Under the pieces are notes generated by a model. The model ran no database searches. It saw only the letters and a program-made list of their open reading frames with translations, and was not told the DNA's origin. DNA of 63,200 nt, the filler included, from Stramenopiles sp. TOSAG23-3 (lineage: Eukaryota), in the NCBI GenBank assembly GCA_900128585.1. It is 3 parts of 3 records of this genome, joined end to end, with 100 filler letters (N's around TTAATTAATTAA, not from the genome) between each part and the next. Parts side by side here need not be neighbours in the genome. Positions count along the whole stretch, not along the records: positions 1 to 30,539 come from LT642229.1; 2 more parts are not named here. One strand, written 5' to 3'. Positions 12,101-21,090 of the stretch are shown in pieces. The translations under genes and the position numbers were made by a program. Every line of letters begins with the position of its first letter. The stretch's first letter is position 1.

Positions 12101-15100
12101 AAATCAGTACAGAGCAAATCGAAGACAAGCCGGAACTTACAAGCAAAGAAATGTACGGTTTTGCTGATAATGTATACGTAGAGATCCCTGCCATTTACAT
12201 TACCATCGTGAAAGATATTGAGTACTATTTGCCACTTCTACAACTATCACTGTGGAGACTCACAGCGTTGTACCAAACCGATTCGCTTCAATTAGGAGGG
12301 AAAAGTTTGCATAATTACATGAAATCAGAAATTTTAATTTCTGTTGCAATTGATTTTTTCAACCAGAGTTTGAGCTTGTGGGAGCCCCTTGTTGAGCTAT
12401 GGCCTGTAAAGGCAAGCATTAAACAATTGGATAAACAAGATGCAAACAATCTTTCAATGGCGGCGCCTATCGAGCAGTGGAAAAGCAAAACGTTCGGTGA
12501 CAATGAAGAAGAAAGCAACGGCATAAGCATCATGGTTTCGACAGAACAAAGGCTGGATATAAACGTTACGCCTGTGTGTTTGATAGCCATCAATAGAACT
12601 GTATCGGTTTTATCCGTGGGCGATGAATGCCAGGGGAGCGTTCGATCATCATCGGTGGGCAGTTCGTTTGTGAGCCATGAGGTAAAAAATTCATTGGGGC
12701 TTGATACGGTTGTTTGGGAAGAGAGTATCGACCTGTGTCCCGAAATGGCAACTAGAAATGCTGAAAAGGTGAAACGAGAGCATGAGTTTTGTCTGAAGTG
12801 CATCAAACGACCATGGTTGAACGTAGCAAACAACAAGGTAGTTCATGTCGCTACAGGGGGGCGGGCCCCGTTTGGTGTTAGCAAACACGACAAGACGTTT
12901 GGGGCGCGTAATTCTTGGGCTGGCGATCTTGAAACACCACAAGACTACAAGAACAGCCGGGTTGCCGCTTTTCGGTTTCAGCGCGACGGTGTTTATTTCG
13001 AATTAGCCCCTGTACCGATCGACCAGGTCGGGCGTTGCGTCCGTAAAGTGATACAATCGGAAGGAAAAGACGGGAAACGGAGACCTCACGCTGAAAAACG
13101 AGTCCGGTCCTCATCGTATTATAAGCAGACTGCTGAAGAAGTAGAATTGCATATTGCCGCACGTTCGAAAACAATCATATGCGATGTATACCTGAACTCA
13201 GGGAAAAGAGTTCTTCACCTTCGATCATCGGTGATGGTGAAGAATCTCCTCCATATTAATCTCTCTATAGTCATCACAGATGGCGGAAATAACAGCGAAA
13301 CCCACATCATCGATTTTCCAAGTGGTTATATAGTTGCCTTGCCTTTGTATGTTCTAGATCCTGACTTTAAAGGGGATGTCCACGTACAACCAACGGCAAA
13401 AGACGCTGGGAACGATTTTATTTACCAACCTAGGCAAATGCGCGTTCAAGAAATCATTAGAGATGTGCATCGCTGCCATAACCGGCAACGTGCTGTTGAC
13501 CTTGAGCCGGAAGACTCGTCTGAAGAAGTGAAAAAACTCGCTTCAGCATTTTCTCCTTCTCTCATCAATTTCAAATTCAAAAGCAAAGCTTCGAACGAGG
13601 TGTTTAATTGCCGTGTGTGTTCTGCGGTAAGTGACTTGTGCGGGGATAAGATTAACGTTTCACGATTGCGGGAACATGTCGAAACGATTGATGATATGCC
13701 GGAAATATTGATGTCCTTCCTCCCTGCTCTTGTCATTGATAATTTACTCCCCTGTCCTATCAACTTTGTGTTAGAACTGTCAGACAAACTTGGAATTTCT
13801 GAAGAAGGGATGTTATTGCCTGGGCAAGGGTCAAGTATTACAAATGTCAAGATTCCACCCAGAACAAAAACCGATATGATGCCGTGCCCAATTGTCGTTT
13901 CGGTGCCTGCTGTCAATGGAAAGACTGCGCTGGTGAAGAAGCTATTAGGTGACAAAAACTCCCGCCTAGATTTTCACAGGCCACTGGTCATGTCAGTAAA
14001 GCTTTTGGCAAATTCTGTCGGTGAGTACCCTCCGACTGTGTGTAATTTACGCATTGAAGCCGAGGTGCCCTGGAAGCTGCATGGCTATACTTTGATGGAT
14101 CCCAGGGCTCCGTTTTCTTTAATACCTGTCCGGATTCGAATATATTGTAGCTACTGGATTTTTAACCGAACGAATCTGGCCCCAGGCTTAGGGTTACAAT
14201 TTGCTTGTAAACCAGATCGTTCTAAGCGAGACAAAGGGGAATTTAACATTTTTGGTCAATTTCCCGGCGAAGTCGCGTCTACGGCATTACCAAAAGCAAA
14301 ATCTGCCAAAGGATCATCAAAACCGCTGGAAACTGCCCAGAGAACACAATCTGTTGAGAAAAACAGTCGAAGTATTGTAACTTTAAGAGATGAACGGTTT
14401 GCCATCCAGTTGTATGATATGGAGAACACAGAAGCAAGCGATGAAGCGTATTTGAAAGCCCGCGTTGTTGAAGTTGGCCAGAATTCCCTGAGCGAGTGGT
14501 CAAAAAAACTCCCCTTGCACGGTGTAGGTGTTGATCAATACTTGCCAATTCCTGGCACAAAGACTGAAAATCGTATTTTTGGATTCGGCATCACCATACA
14601 GCAAGCCCCTGGTATATTTTCAAGAACCAAAGTCGTCACATTTGGTACTGGGCACTACATTCTCAATGGAACCGGTTTTGATATTGAGTGGGCCCAAGTC
14701 AAGTCTCCCGATAAGAGTTTCTTAAAAGGGATGAAAAACAGCAATGACAAGGAATATCGAAGAGCCTACATTCCCCCTGATCTCGTTTCACAAACTAAAA
14801 TAGTGCCTTCAAAGGAAAAATGTAACATGCACTGGCACAAAAGTGGTAAAGACAAAACTATGAGTATTCGGATCAACAAGAAGGGATGGTTTTGGTCCAG
14901 TGAATTTTCAGTGGAGAACTTAAATGATTTTGTTATAACAGTAGAGAACAGCGCAGAAGGGAACATGGCCGATGATTGGGATAAAGTAGAGCCCCCGCAT
15001 GACCATCGTGGTGTTTCGCCGTTCAAAGGTCACAAAACGCAGAAAACAAAAAAATATTTGAATATTCAGGTAAAAACTAACGACGCGAGCGTCCTAATAG

Positions 15101-18100
15101 TCATAACAGAAATTGACCAGGGTAATCCACCGTACAGAATTGATAACCAGTGTACCTGTGCGTCGCTTCGATTTGTCCAGAAAGGAATCGGTGCTGGAGA
15201 ACAGGAGACGCTATCCCCTATGACTAGTGCATATTATGCGTGGTCCGAACCCACCCTGGAGAAAAAACTTCTAGTCCAAGCGGTTCCAATTTATGGCCCT
15301 AATTCTAATCGGTCTGCCCGAACATTAACAAACATGTCCAAGTCCCTGTTCCGCGAAGGTGTTGGAGTTGCAAAAGCTGCCAAAAAGGCAGCGGTGAGTG
15401 CTGGAAAAAAAGCTGCCAGAAAATCAATTAAGTTACTCGGCACTGCTGATTCAGAAATAGAAACGCACATTCCTGAAAGTGTCGCAGAATTCACCGTTTT
15501 CGGCGTGCTTCGAGCTCATGTGGATATAGGACTAGGCGTTGCACCACTTTCGTCGCCCAGTATAGAAGAATATGCACTTGACGAAATTGAGCGCCATCAA
15601 GACTTGAAGATAATTACTTACCGACTGAAAAATAAAGCGCATGTCTCCGTGTCACTGCAAGTTGAAGTACATATGGAAGGCCCTACCAAAGTACTGACTG
15701 TGACCGACATACCCTATTTTCACCCCGGTGGGTTGAGCTCGGCGCAGTCAGAAGGGGCTGGGATGAGTGAAAAATTGAGGATGGCGCAACAGCGCGCTAG
15801 AAAACGCGCTTTGGAGAAGGCCCTGAAAAACACTATTGCCATAAAGACGCAGTGCAAGGCTCTTGCGAGCCGCCAATATGTTGATAACGACATTTTGCGC
15901 GACAGCAACAGAAAAGAATCTCTGTTTATGCGTGTGCACATAATTGCTGGGAGAGATTTAGCAGTTGCAGACATGACGACGTCGGACCCTTTCGTTGAAA
16001 CGTGGCTAGGCAATTCCGGTGAAAGGCCAAATAAGGATAACCCACATACGCTCAAAACTAGAATTATACCGGCAACGTTGAATCCAATATGGGACGAAGA
16101 CACTGTCTGGGAGTTTAAATGGAACGACCCTTTACTGGAAACAAATTGTAAATTGAATGTGCACGCTTGGGACCATGACACCATCGGTAAGAATGACAGC
16201 CTTGGTATAGCATCCGTGCCCATTGGTCGATTGATACAAGATTTCAAAACAATGGGAAAAGAAGACCAGGGAGATGGTTATGACTTTTGGATTCCTCTCC
16301 ATCCCATTTCTAAACAATCATTGGGGAGGGGGCAAATTCGTGTGAACGTACAGTTTAGTACGAATCCAGACGTGCTTCGTGCCGAGTATGAGTTAACGAT
16401 GCTATCTAGTTATGCATCTATGATTGATGGTGTAATCAATGAATTACAACAGACCATTCGGTCTCACAGTAAACACCCAGAGAAGCAGTTGGAAGATGCA
16501 GAAGACCACATTTCCGCAACCGACAGCATTGCCCCAACCGATAGCATTGCCCCAACTGAATCTTCAATTGCCGACGACAATTTAACCGAAGAAAAAATTA
16601 TTGGTAAGCAGCTGTCTATTCTAATCCAGGCTGGTGAAAAATTGATTGATCCAAACACTGCCCTGTGGCTGACACAGAAAAAAGCCTTGCATTTTACTTT
16701 TGAGGCCAACGGCGCCACGGAAGAAATTCATAAACGTTTGAGGAAGCTGTTTCACGCGAATGTTGCCTCTTATGCCGTGTATCGAAAAGCGCTGGGTGGC
16801 GGAGGTGTATCAGGTTATCTGGAGTGCCAAAAGCCGACTTTTTTGAAATCCCTGTCCCGAATCGGCAATAATATGTTTCAGTTTAATGTTCGCAAAATAA
16901 AACGGTGCGACGTTTACAATGCAATATGCCAGGGAGCGATACCTTCGAAAGATCTGGAACCCACCTACGACGTAATTGAACTAGGCTCTTGGTACCCTGA
17001 GTACCGAATCAAGTTATACGCGGTCGTATCATTCGAGGGGGAAAGCCGGCGCACCCAGCAACATGCTCCGATTCTAGATTTTGGCGAAATGAATATTGCC
17101 CCACAACATTCCGAAGCAAGTGAGAGCCCAAGAAGCAAAGCGAGAAGAGGCTCTAAAAATTTTGATACTCATTCTTATGCGAAAGCGCCACGGTCAATTA
17201 TTGAAAAGAAAACAATTTCGGAAACCGAAGAATTAGAAGAGAGGATAAAATCGCTGCGATGTTCCGTCTTTGATTTGGGTGAAAACATCCGCAAACTCTC
17301 TGTCATGGATCACGCCGATTACCAATCAGGTTTCATTTCAACATGGGGACTAGGAACCACGTGCATTATGGGAGATGGCTCTGTGGGTCTTGCGCTGCAA
17401 GAGAAAATGTTTTCTGCAGGCGAAAATGATCCAAAGAGCACTTCTGAAGGAAGTTTGTACTTATCATGTATATTAGCAGTTGCCCCAAACTCCCCCGCTG
17501 CCGCTCAAGGAGTAGAAGTGAACCACTGTATTGTTGTCGTCGGTGATAAAATCGTAGCAGGGAAAAGAATATCCGAAGTAAAGCACCTGCTTGCAAACCA
17601 GCGAAATAGACCATCGCCCCTGCCTATACGGGTTGCCGCTTACAAAGACGCTGTTGTAATCGCACGAACTTATTATCGAGAAGGTATGGAAGGCCTGAAG
17701 GATTTGCGCACTGCAATCATACGAGACTATATGAAAAAAAATAAAACGATCGCTGACCATCGAAAATTATCAGCCATTGAAGAATTGGAGGAAAGAAAAG
17801 ATGAGAGCGATGAAGCCAACGCTAAGTCCAATATGGCAGGTGCGATGTTGGAAGAAGCACCGGGCAAGAAATCTTCGCGGAAATCTTCGCGTGACTTGCT
17901 AACATTTTCTTCATTTGTGCACGTTGGTTGGAGTAATGATGTTCAGTTTGATTCCGAACAATTTGAGGCAGACGAAGAGCCAACTAGCGATCGGTACGCA
18001 CGAATATCGATATATGCAAACACTTCTGAAGTTCATGGTGACGAAAAAAGCGGGACAGAAGATGGAGAATTAATACTCGAAACATCGCAAAATCAAGATT

Positions 18101-21090
18101 TACTGCTGCCATTGGCGTACTTCTTTGGTGATGACCCAGTCGCAAAAGCAGAGCAGTCTGTCTCGGAAGAAAAGGTTCGTTTCGATGATGTTTTACTAGG
18201 ACAGACAATCATCGAGCTGCCAAACATTCACGATGATAAACGTGCAGTTGGGAACAGGGAGAAATTTGACAGCTTTTTTCGGTCGCGGTCTGAACGCTGC
18301 CCCTTGACACTGTTTGAAGGGGCAAGTCACTTTGCAATGGGCTCCAAACCTGACCTTTTGTACCGGTACAACGCTTCTAAAATATACCAAGTGGACAACT
18401 GCCCTCCTATTTACGGCTATGCTGGAGAACTTATGATTGAATACAGCTGGAACCCTATCAAGCAATCGTCTTCCGAAAAGCTTGACTTAAAATTTCATAC
18501 AAAACTGGCTGGTGTTGGAATATCTATCATCGATTCCTCACCGTGCGAACTACTCTACTTGGCGCTTCAAAATATATCAATAGATTACGAAGTGTATGGC
18601 GATGGGAGGCAAGACATTGAGTTTAAGCTTGAGAATTTGCAAATTGCAAATCAGCTGCCTCTATGTAGGTACAACATTATGCTGGGTCCTCGTGAAGGCA
18701 CGGCGAGTGGCGATGACAATGAAGAGGTTAGGCCCCTCGTCCATATCAGTACAATTATTTTGCCTTCTGATGAAGAAGATGCGGTTACAAATTTTGACAC
18801 TTTTGCGTTGTCCATTCAAGCCTTGGAACTGAAACTTGACGACGCCTGGTTGAACCGTTTTCTGCACTTTTTACCAGAATTGTATGGCGAAGAAGAAGAT
18901 AGTAGCGAAGGCGAAGTGTTTGTCGAGGGAAACCATAGGCAAGAAATACAAGGAGGCTATGGGTCAAGGTTTGTCTTAGTTTTAGGAGATAACAAATTGT
19001 TTCAAGACCCTGTATTTCATGCTTGCGTTTTACGCAGTGACGATAATATGATTGAGAACACTGCCAAAGTGTATTTTCGATTTTTGCACCTTCACCCGAT
19101 TTCCATAAACATAACGTTTACGTCTTCTGGGGATATTCGGTTGCTTGGCAGTGGAACAAGTACGTCAATGATGGCTTTTCGGGCCGTCATCGACTCCTTG
19201 ACTAATATGTTGTCAAACATAGACAACGCGCCTATTCGTTTAGACGCGCTGTTGATTCAGCACAGTTTCAGTACATGGGGATCGATGACTGATAAGATTA
19301 ATGGTTATTTTATACGTGGAATCATAAAGCAAGTTTACAAAATTCTCGCCTCCGCTGACTTCTTAGGAAACCCAGTAGGTCTGGTAAACTCCTTAGGTTC
19401 TGGAGTAATTTCCTTTTTTTACGAACCTGCAATGGGAATGATGAAGAGCCCGAAAGATTTTGGAAAAGGCGTGAAGCAGGGTACCACAAAGTTGGTTGTC
19501 AGCTCACTACAAGGACTTATGCACACGGCAGGAAAGTTGACGGAGACGCTTAATAAAGGTGTGACCTTTTTTGCAATGAACGATGATTACGTCAAAGAAA
19601 GACGGCGTGCCAATGCTAAACAAGGGCCGAAGAACCTGGGGGATGCTGTTGGCATGGGCATTAAAGATGTGGCAGGAGGGGTATTTTCAGGGTTGAAAGG
19701 GATAGTGTACGACCCCTACAGAGGTTTTAAAAAGTCCGGATTGAAAGGAGCTGCATTTGGGGTTGTTCAAGGTTTAGCGGGCGTCATTGTAAAACCAACT
19801 GCGGGCGCACTCGACATGTTAACCCACACATTCCAGGGGATCAAAAACACGACGGGGGTGTTCGGAGATAAATCTCAAAGTTTTATGAGGACGCGCCTTC
19901 CCCGATTTTTTTCCAAACGCATTATGGCCCGGTACTCTTCGAGGGAGGCAGAAGGTGTTGCATACATGCTGCTGAGAGGTATGAAAGGGGAATACATATA
20001 CCATGTCAAGATACAGGAACGGGATACGTCTGTCAACGTTATTATGTTATCCTCCCATGAGTTCTGCTGCTTGAACATTAAATCGGCTGGTGAAAAATTA
20101 GACCGTGGTCTAAATTTGAAATGGACAATCCCCATGGAAAGAATCCACATGGCAATCCCGCGCGGCTACTGCCTTGCTCTGAGAGAAGGGAGCATCACCC
20201 AATTGCACCGTACCGTGCGGCAAGAAGAATCGCTTCACAGCGGAAAGGTTGAAACAGCGATGCACGAAGCTTTAAATTCCCCCGATATAATGTTGTCCTC
20301 TCTGTCCGGTGAAAGAGTTGTTGAGCTAAACGACGAGGCCGAGGCTATGAACATGGGGCTTGCTATCCGAGAGACCCTCAAAGGCAATTCTGTGCGGTAC
20401 AAGACCTTGATCTGGGACTGGGAAAAAGAGAAACTCAATGCCGAAATCGATGTAACTAATCTTAGGAAAGAGCATTCCAATTTTATGAAAAATGTATACA
20501 AATCATCTCATGCACGGAAATTAGGAGTAGCCAATGATGCAGGCCGACGCAGTCTTATAGACGACGAAGAAAAATCTGTTGAGAGCAGCGGATCTGATTT
20601 GAGTGACGACGACTACGGTGAAGATCCTGCTCTGGACAGGGCAATATCTAGGGTAAAAGAGCACTGCGTTCTTCCAACGGTTTGTGAGATAAAGGGTCAC
20701 ATGAAATTGTTTGAAACACGGGGACGTTTCATGGGGAAAGAACGGCGAGTAGCCTACACAATGTATGACCTTCTAGTAATCGGTAACCAAAGACCCCTTA
20801 CATGCCAGTGGGTTGTGAAGCGTCGCTTCTCTGAGTTTCGGGACCTTCGTAAAAATCTTTTGAAAATAGCAAGTAGTGCCGTCAAAGCCGGTATTCAAGT
20901 TACAAAAATACCTCGTTTACCGAAGCGCCGGTTGGCGGGTAGCACATCGAATGCAGTAATTCGCAGTAGAATTGGTGGTATCGACACATTTATGAAATCC
21001 GTCATCGCTATGGAGATTTTTAAAGATGAAGCAATCTTGCTGGAGTTTGTCAGCGAGGATCCTTTAGATATCCGACCTGTCGAGGAGTAA
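6109..21090 (+). CDS. VPS13: VPS13-family bridge-like lipid transfer protein with C2, PDZ and C-terminal PX domains (~4993 aa, no introns)
   Basis: Chorein N-terminus MFERVASYFLTKYLG..LNISIWGGDVVLHDLEL; WEPLVELW; VAB-like PYRIDNQC..YYAWSEP; C-terminal GVGISIID, DFLGNPVGLV, GVIVKPTAGALD, RTRLPR; C2 ~15925-16360; PDZ ~17359-17637; PX ~20665-21057. Confidence 0.96.
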   Translation: MFERVASYFLTKYLGWLVKGLDADKLNISIWGGDVVLHDLELQEEALDFLELPVQVKRGYLKTLRLNIPWSSIGSSPSIVELDGLYCVAYPSDQFEYNEEEEKARQSADRSAQLEALNAAEKKDAAAGGGGGGGGYFAGMITKIVQNLKLVISNVHIRLEDKSSDPRHPFAVGMVLQEIRLDGASFQNIAEASIDSRGDELVTKPDGMIRKAFVIKGFAVYFDSDLHEEINYISVGDNDTAEVLIHEMQNLGITDGDGEAEAPLPCTPKHFLVQPVTVEIYAAVDDQMVGGLGAAAYYGTGKLPPAMDVRIDISTFGVKLAKRQYRDLLNCISFFSNHATISKNRKFRPKVQVREDPAKWWHYAYNAVILELREKKKSLRWDKLVLTVKQRKEYIELQKRKNKKYAETFGLTKLSADVAATAQAVRLEDNFAIGEIVEMRKRAEHEVMGELREEKMRCATGVGAAGESQGWVAWMWGSADPEEEEHQDDEEGEFQISKEEKKKFNQLFANGAEQRDKMIAIIAEGSKDRASMILNFKLSSIDVQIGTVWDKSSVMNLKIDSLFSSVKMLNDSTLVNAHINNLHVQDVGSDSAEECLEIVRRPANRMHPMKRAGDNQLLQLSYLTSAAASSDSGAATAHLKLTFRPLDITVSFPFLDGVSAFFAPEEQVNLDNFIFAAAEQAEALRQTSAAKAQDVLSSSSKMLVDVTISPPTILVPADVSWTAEGDGAGSLPGNGHDLMLCVAIGELTIASVEGLVCEEISLSDAVTPFHKPSQEYDPLAVTVTGTKVIIASRLKDYRDEVTQTEHDLQLITNLDIELQVDRCIAPFHVDTPNLRIGGMIKSLDVRLSSRKLKQIQLLSETMFASPENVDVSGRETAMGTDQGAVAPPDKRSPNAGLSSASLRLLQRSVSIAAQISIQNVSVSLSSRSSTVLGQPHYVEGLTKEIIHVALSGLTVEYLARTYDSSIFAAIEGFAIEDLLSSQEAASAPREQQHYLINDKAVSTHEWANREYSQTNSDFLNCKVWMVSPDSPDAAICKAGTDVSAHIGALTIVSNLDLLAILTRFFGDDGAPSPAAGVTPDATAVPAPENMPTEDGSSVEKLNVRLSMGTLAVLLDYCNRKSEKATTSCVGSLTFANALIGYEATLASMRVMLNTGSLSFLDHTEPGKLYKGCIITNDELLTAANRALIRPKVKRAGTLRDAAIVSRCFTCWKRCAWKNGYLLRSNQLSTTCTIFSKNRKWANLVLAQNDEKKISALNVLYDSSPLFNGYDSNLVVHLNFVQYNYLARFLAEFFWYLDNFYESLWPGSMKEYYDMQQNPDMQVYYTPSSLPKMKVIANDFKICIPLSSTSHQRGEICMDKLILVNSDQLDTAPQRSSPNSIGAGGEGLQGTPRISEATFASDSDRSSDSDEDFFDSPAKRKAGSTVIHLGDLKAASYDTDVETIGEQTDEELYMSYNESSDDEDWEEAAGDDDLLNASQAVNISPEDQFESDRYRNTSEMLDHFMAFSNEIATKVGRPSSRPATPVARSTQENLDHFIGISDGHLDEYIDESGKANINGHAVQNQKETPERLRKMRISLVNFTFMTYLKTPKKYSGSLGAAQAASSDLYGVALIPSVDWEMQFDMPEKINDSGAMNGKLAPMVIGLHFPEATIALSYRQYCFILELLSRNLSEDFIVVQPLASYRPPPVIDGAAKWLECPITFRSLALELSDFRPSGETLDEYTEVCLTKLVLKDAKLNYASTNIGSMLVDINAATLLAYDLGESRQNFAEQYLCVLKGATEGGKGWSIKYHAIVLEADLGEEKLKCDSVIDLQFNGLDLVVSPGLLDFINYWTAEDPMDWDGPYPPWPEPIEYQNTMLLLLEDTKICAVIGDVMENPNDTPICVSLQIDVDLQTTDIDMDLKLNIFNLRGYRSSPKFSETSQSNDDLIQPFQTHVRLIQKEKVKGVNSKRCSRTITMTASEPLNIVLLEKNYVTLMNVSVLLGGGEEVESEDDGTAEQISTEQIEDKPELTSKEMYGFADNVYVEIPAIYITIVKDIEYYLPLLQLSLWRLTALYQTDSLQLGGKSLHNYMKSEILISVAIDFFNQSLSLWEPLVELWPVKASIKQLDKQDANNLSMAAPIEQWKSKTFGDNEEESNGISIMVSTEQRLDINVTPVCLIAINRTVSVLSVGDECQGSVRSSSVGSSFVSHEVKNSLGLDTVVWEESIDLCPEMATRNAEKVKREHEFCLKCIKRPWLNVANNKVVHVATGGRAPFGVSKHDKTFGARNSWAGDLETPQDYKNSRVAAFRFQRDGVYFELAPVPIDQVGRCVRKVIQSEGKDGKRRPHAEKRVRSSSYYKQTAEEVELHIAARSKTIICDVYLNSGKRVLHLRSSVMVKNLLHINLSIVITDGGNNSETHIIDFPSGYIVALPLYVLDPDFKGDVHVQPTAKDAGNDFIYQPRQMRVQEIIRDVHRCHNRQRAVDLEPEDSSEEVKKLASAFSPSLINFKFKSKASNEVFNCRVCSAVSDLCGDKINVSRLREHVETIDDMPEILMSFLPALVIDNLLPCPINFVLELSDKLGISEEGMLLPGQGSSITNVKIPPRTKTDMMPCPIVVSVPAVNGKTALVKKLLGDKNSRLDFHRPLVMSVKLLANSVGEYPPTVCNLRIEAEVPWKLHGYTLMDPRAPFSLIPVRIRIYCSYWIFNRTNLAPGLGLQFACKPDRSKRDKGEFNIFGQFPGEVASTALPKAKSAKGSSKPLETAQRTQSVEKNSRSIVTLRDERFAIQLYDMENTEASDEAYLKARVVEVGQNSLSEWSKKLPLHGVGVDQYLPIPGTKTENRIFGFGITIQQAPGIFSRTKVVTFGTGHYILNGTGFDIEWAQVKSPDKSFLKGMKNSNDKEYRRAYIPPDLVSQTKIVPSKEKCNMHWHKSGKDKTMSIRINKKGWFWSSEFSVENLNDFVITVENSAEGNMADDWDKVEPPHDHRGVSPFKGHKTQKTKKYLNIQVKTNDASVLIVITEIDQGNPPYRIDNQCTCASLRFVQKGIGAGEQETLSPMTSAYYAWSEPTLEKKLLVQAVPIYGPNSNRSARTLTNMSKSLFREGVGVAKAAKKAAVSAGKKAARKSIKLLGTADSEIETHIPESVAEFTVFGVLRAHVDIGLGVAPLSSPSIEEYALDEIERHQDLKIITYRLKNKAHVSVSLQVEVHMEGPTKVLTVTDIPYFHPGGLSSAQSEGAGMSEKLRMAQQRARKRALEKALKNTIAIKTQCKALASRQYVDNDILRDSNRKESLFMRVHIIAGRDLAVADMTTSDPFVETWLGNSGERPNKDNPHTLKTRIIPATLNPIWDEDTVWEFKWNDPLLETNCKLNVHAWDHDTIGKNDSLGIASVPIGRLIQDFKTMGKEDQGDGYDFWIPLHPISKQSLGRGQIRVNVQFSTNPDVLRAEYELTMLSSYASMIDGVINELQQTIRSHSKHPEKQLEDAEDHISATDSIAPTDSIAPTESSIADDNLTEEKIIGKQLSILIQAGEKLIDPNTALWLTQKKALHFTFEANGATEEIHKRLRKLFHANVASYAVYRKALGGGGVSGYLECQKPTFLKSLSRIGNNMFQFNVRKIKRCDVYNAICQGAIPSKDLEPTYDVIELGSWYPEYRIKLYAVVSFEGESRRTQQHAPILDFGEMNIAPQHSEASESPRSKARRGSKNFDTHSYAKAPRSIIEKKTISETEELEERIKSLRCSVFDLGENIRKLSVMDHADYQSGFISTWGLGTTCIMGDGSVGLALQEKMFSAGENDPKSTSEGSLYLSCILAVAPNSPAAAQGVEVNHCIVVVGDKIVAGKRISEVKHLLANQRNRPSPLPIRVAAYKDAVVIARTYYREGMEGLKDLRTAIIRDYMKKNKTIADHRKLSAIEELEERKDESDEANAKSNMAGAMLEEAPGKKSSRKSSRDLLTFSSFVHVGWSNDVQFDSEQFEADEEPTSDRYARISIYANTSEVHGDEKSGTEDGELILETSQNQDLLLPLAYFFGDDPVAKAEQSVSEEKVRFDDVLLGQTIIELPNIHDDKRAVGNREKFDSFFRSRSERCPLTLFEGASHFAMGSKPDLLYRYNASKIYQVDNCPPIYGYAGELMIEYSWNPIKQSSSEKLDLKFHTKLAGVGISIIDSSPCELLYLALQNISIDYEVYGDGRQDIEFKLENLQIANQLPLCRYNIMLGPREGTASGDDNEEVRPLVHISTIILPSDEEDAVTNFDTFALSIQALELKLDDAWLNRFLHFLPELYGEEEDSSEGEVFVEGNHRQEIQGGYGSRFVLVLGDNKLFQDPVFHACVLRSDDNMIENTAKVYFRFLHLHPISINITFTSSGDIRLLGSGTSTSMMAFRAVIDSLTNMLSNIDNAPIRLDALLIQHSFSTWGSMTDKINGYFIRGIIKQVYKILASADFLGNPVGLVNSLGSGVISFFYEPAMGMMKSPKDFGKGVKQGTTKLVVSSLQGLMHTAGKLTETLNKGVTFFAMNDDYVKERRRANAKQGPKNLGDAVGMGIKDVAGGVFSGLKGIVYDPYRGFKKSGLKGAAFGVVQGLAGVIVKPTAGALDMLTHTFQGIKNTTGVFGDKSQSFMRTRLPRFFSKRIMARYSSREAEGVAYMLLRGMKGEYIYHVKIQERDTSVNVIMLSSHEFCCLNIKSAGEKLDRGLNLKWTIPMERIHMAIPRGYCLALREGSITQLHRTVRQEESLHSGKVETAMHEALNSPDIMLSSLSGERVVELNDEAEAMNMGLAIRETLKGNSVRYKTLIWDWEKEKLNAEIDVTNLRKEHSNFMKNVYKSSHARKLGVANDAGRRSLIDDEEKSVESSGSDLSDDDYGEDPALDRAISRVKEHCVLPTVCEIKGHMKLFETRGRFMGKERRVAYTMYDLLVIGNQRPLTCQWVVKRRFSEFRDLRKNLLKIASSAVKAGIQVTKIPRLPKRRLAGSTSNAVIRSRIGGIDTFMKSVIAMEIFKDEAILLEFVSEDPLDIRPVEE

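Noticed and set aside
16519-16560. 18-bp TDSIAP tandem repeat in VPS13, plus SPRSR repeats in Myb and AAEPT repeats near 60480-60520
   Set aside because: Ordinary in-frame slippage repeats in disordered linkers
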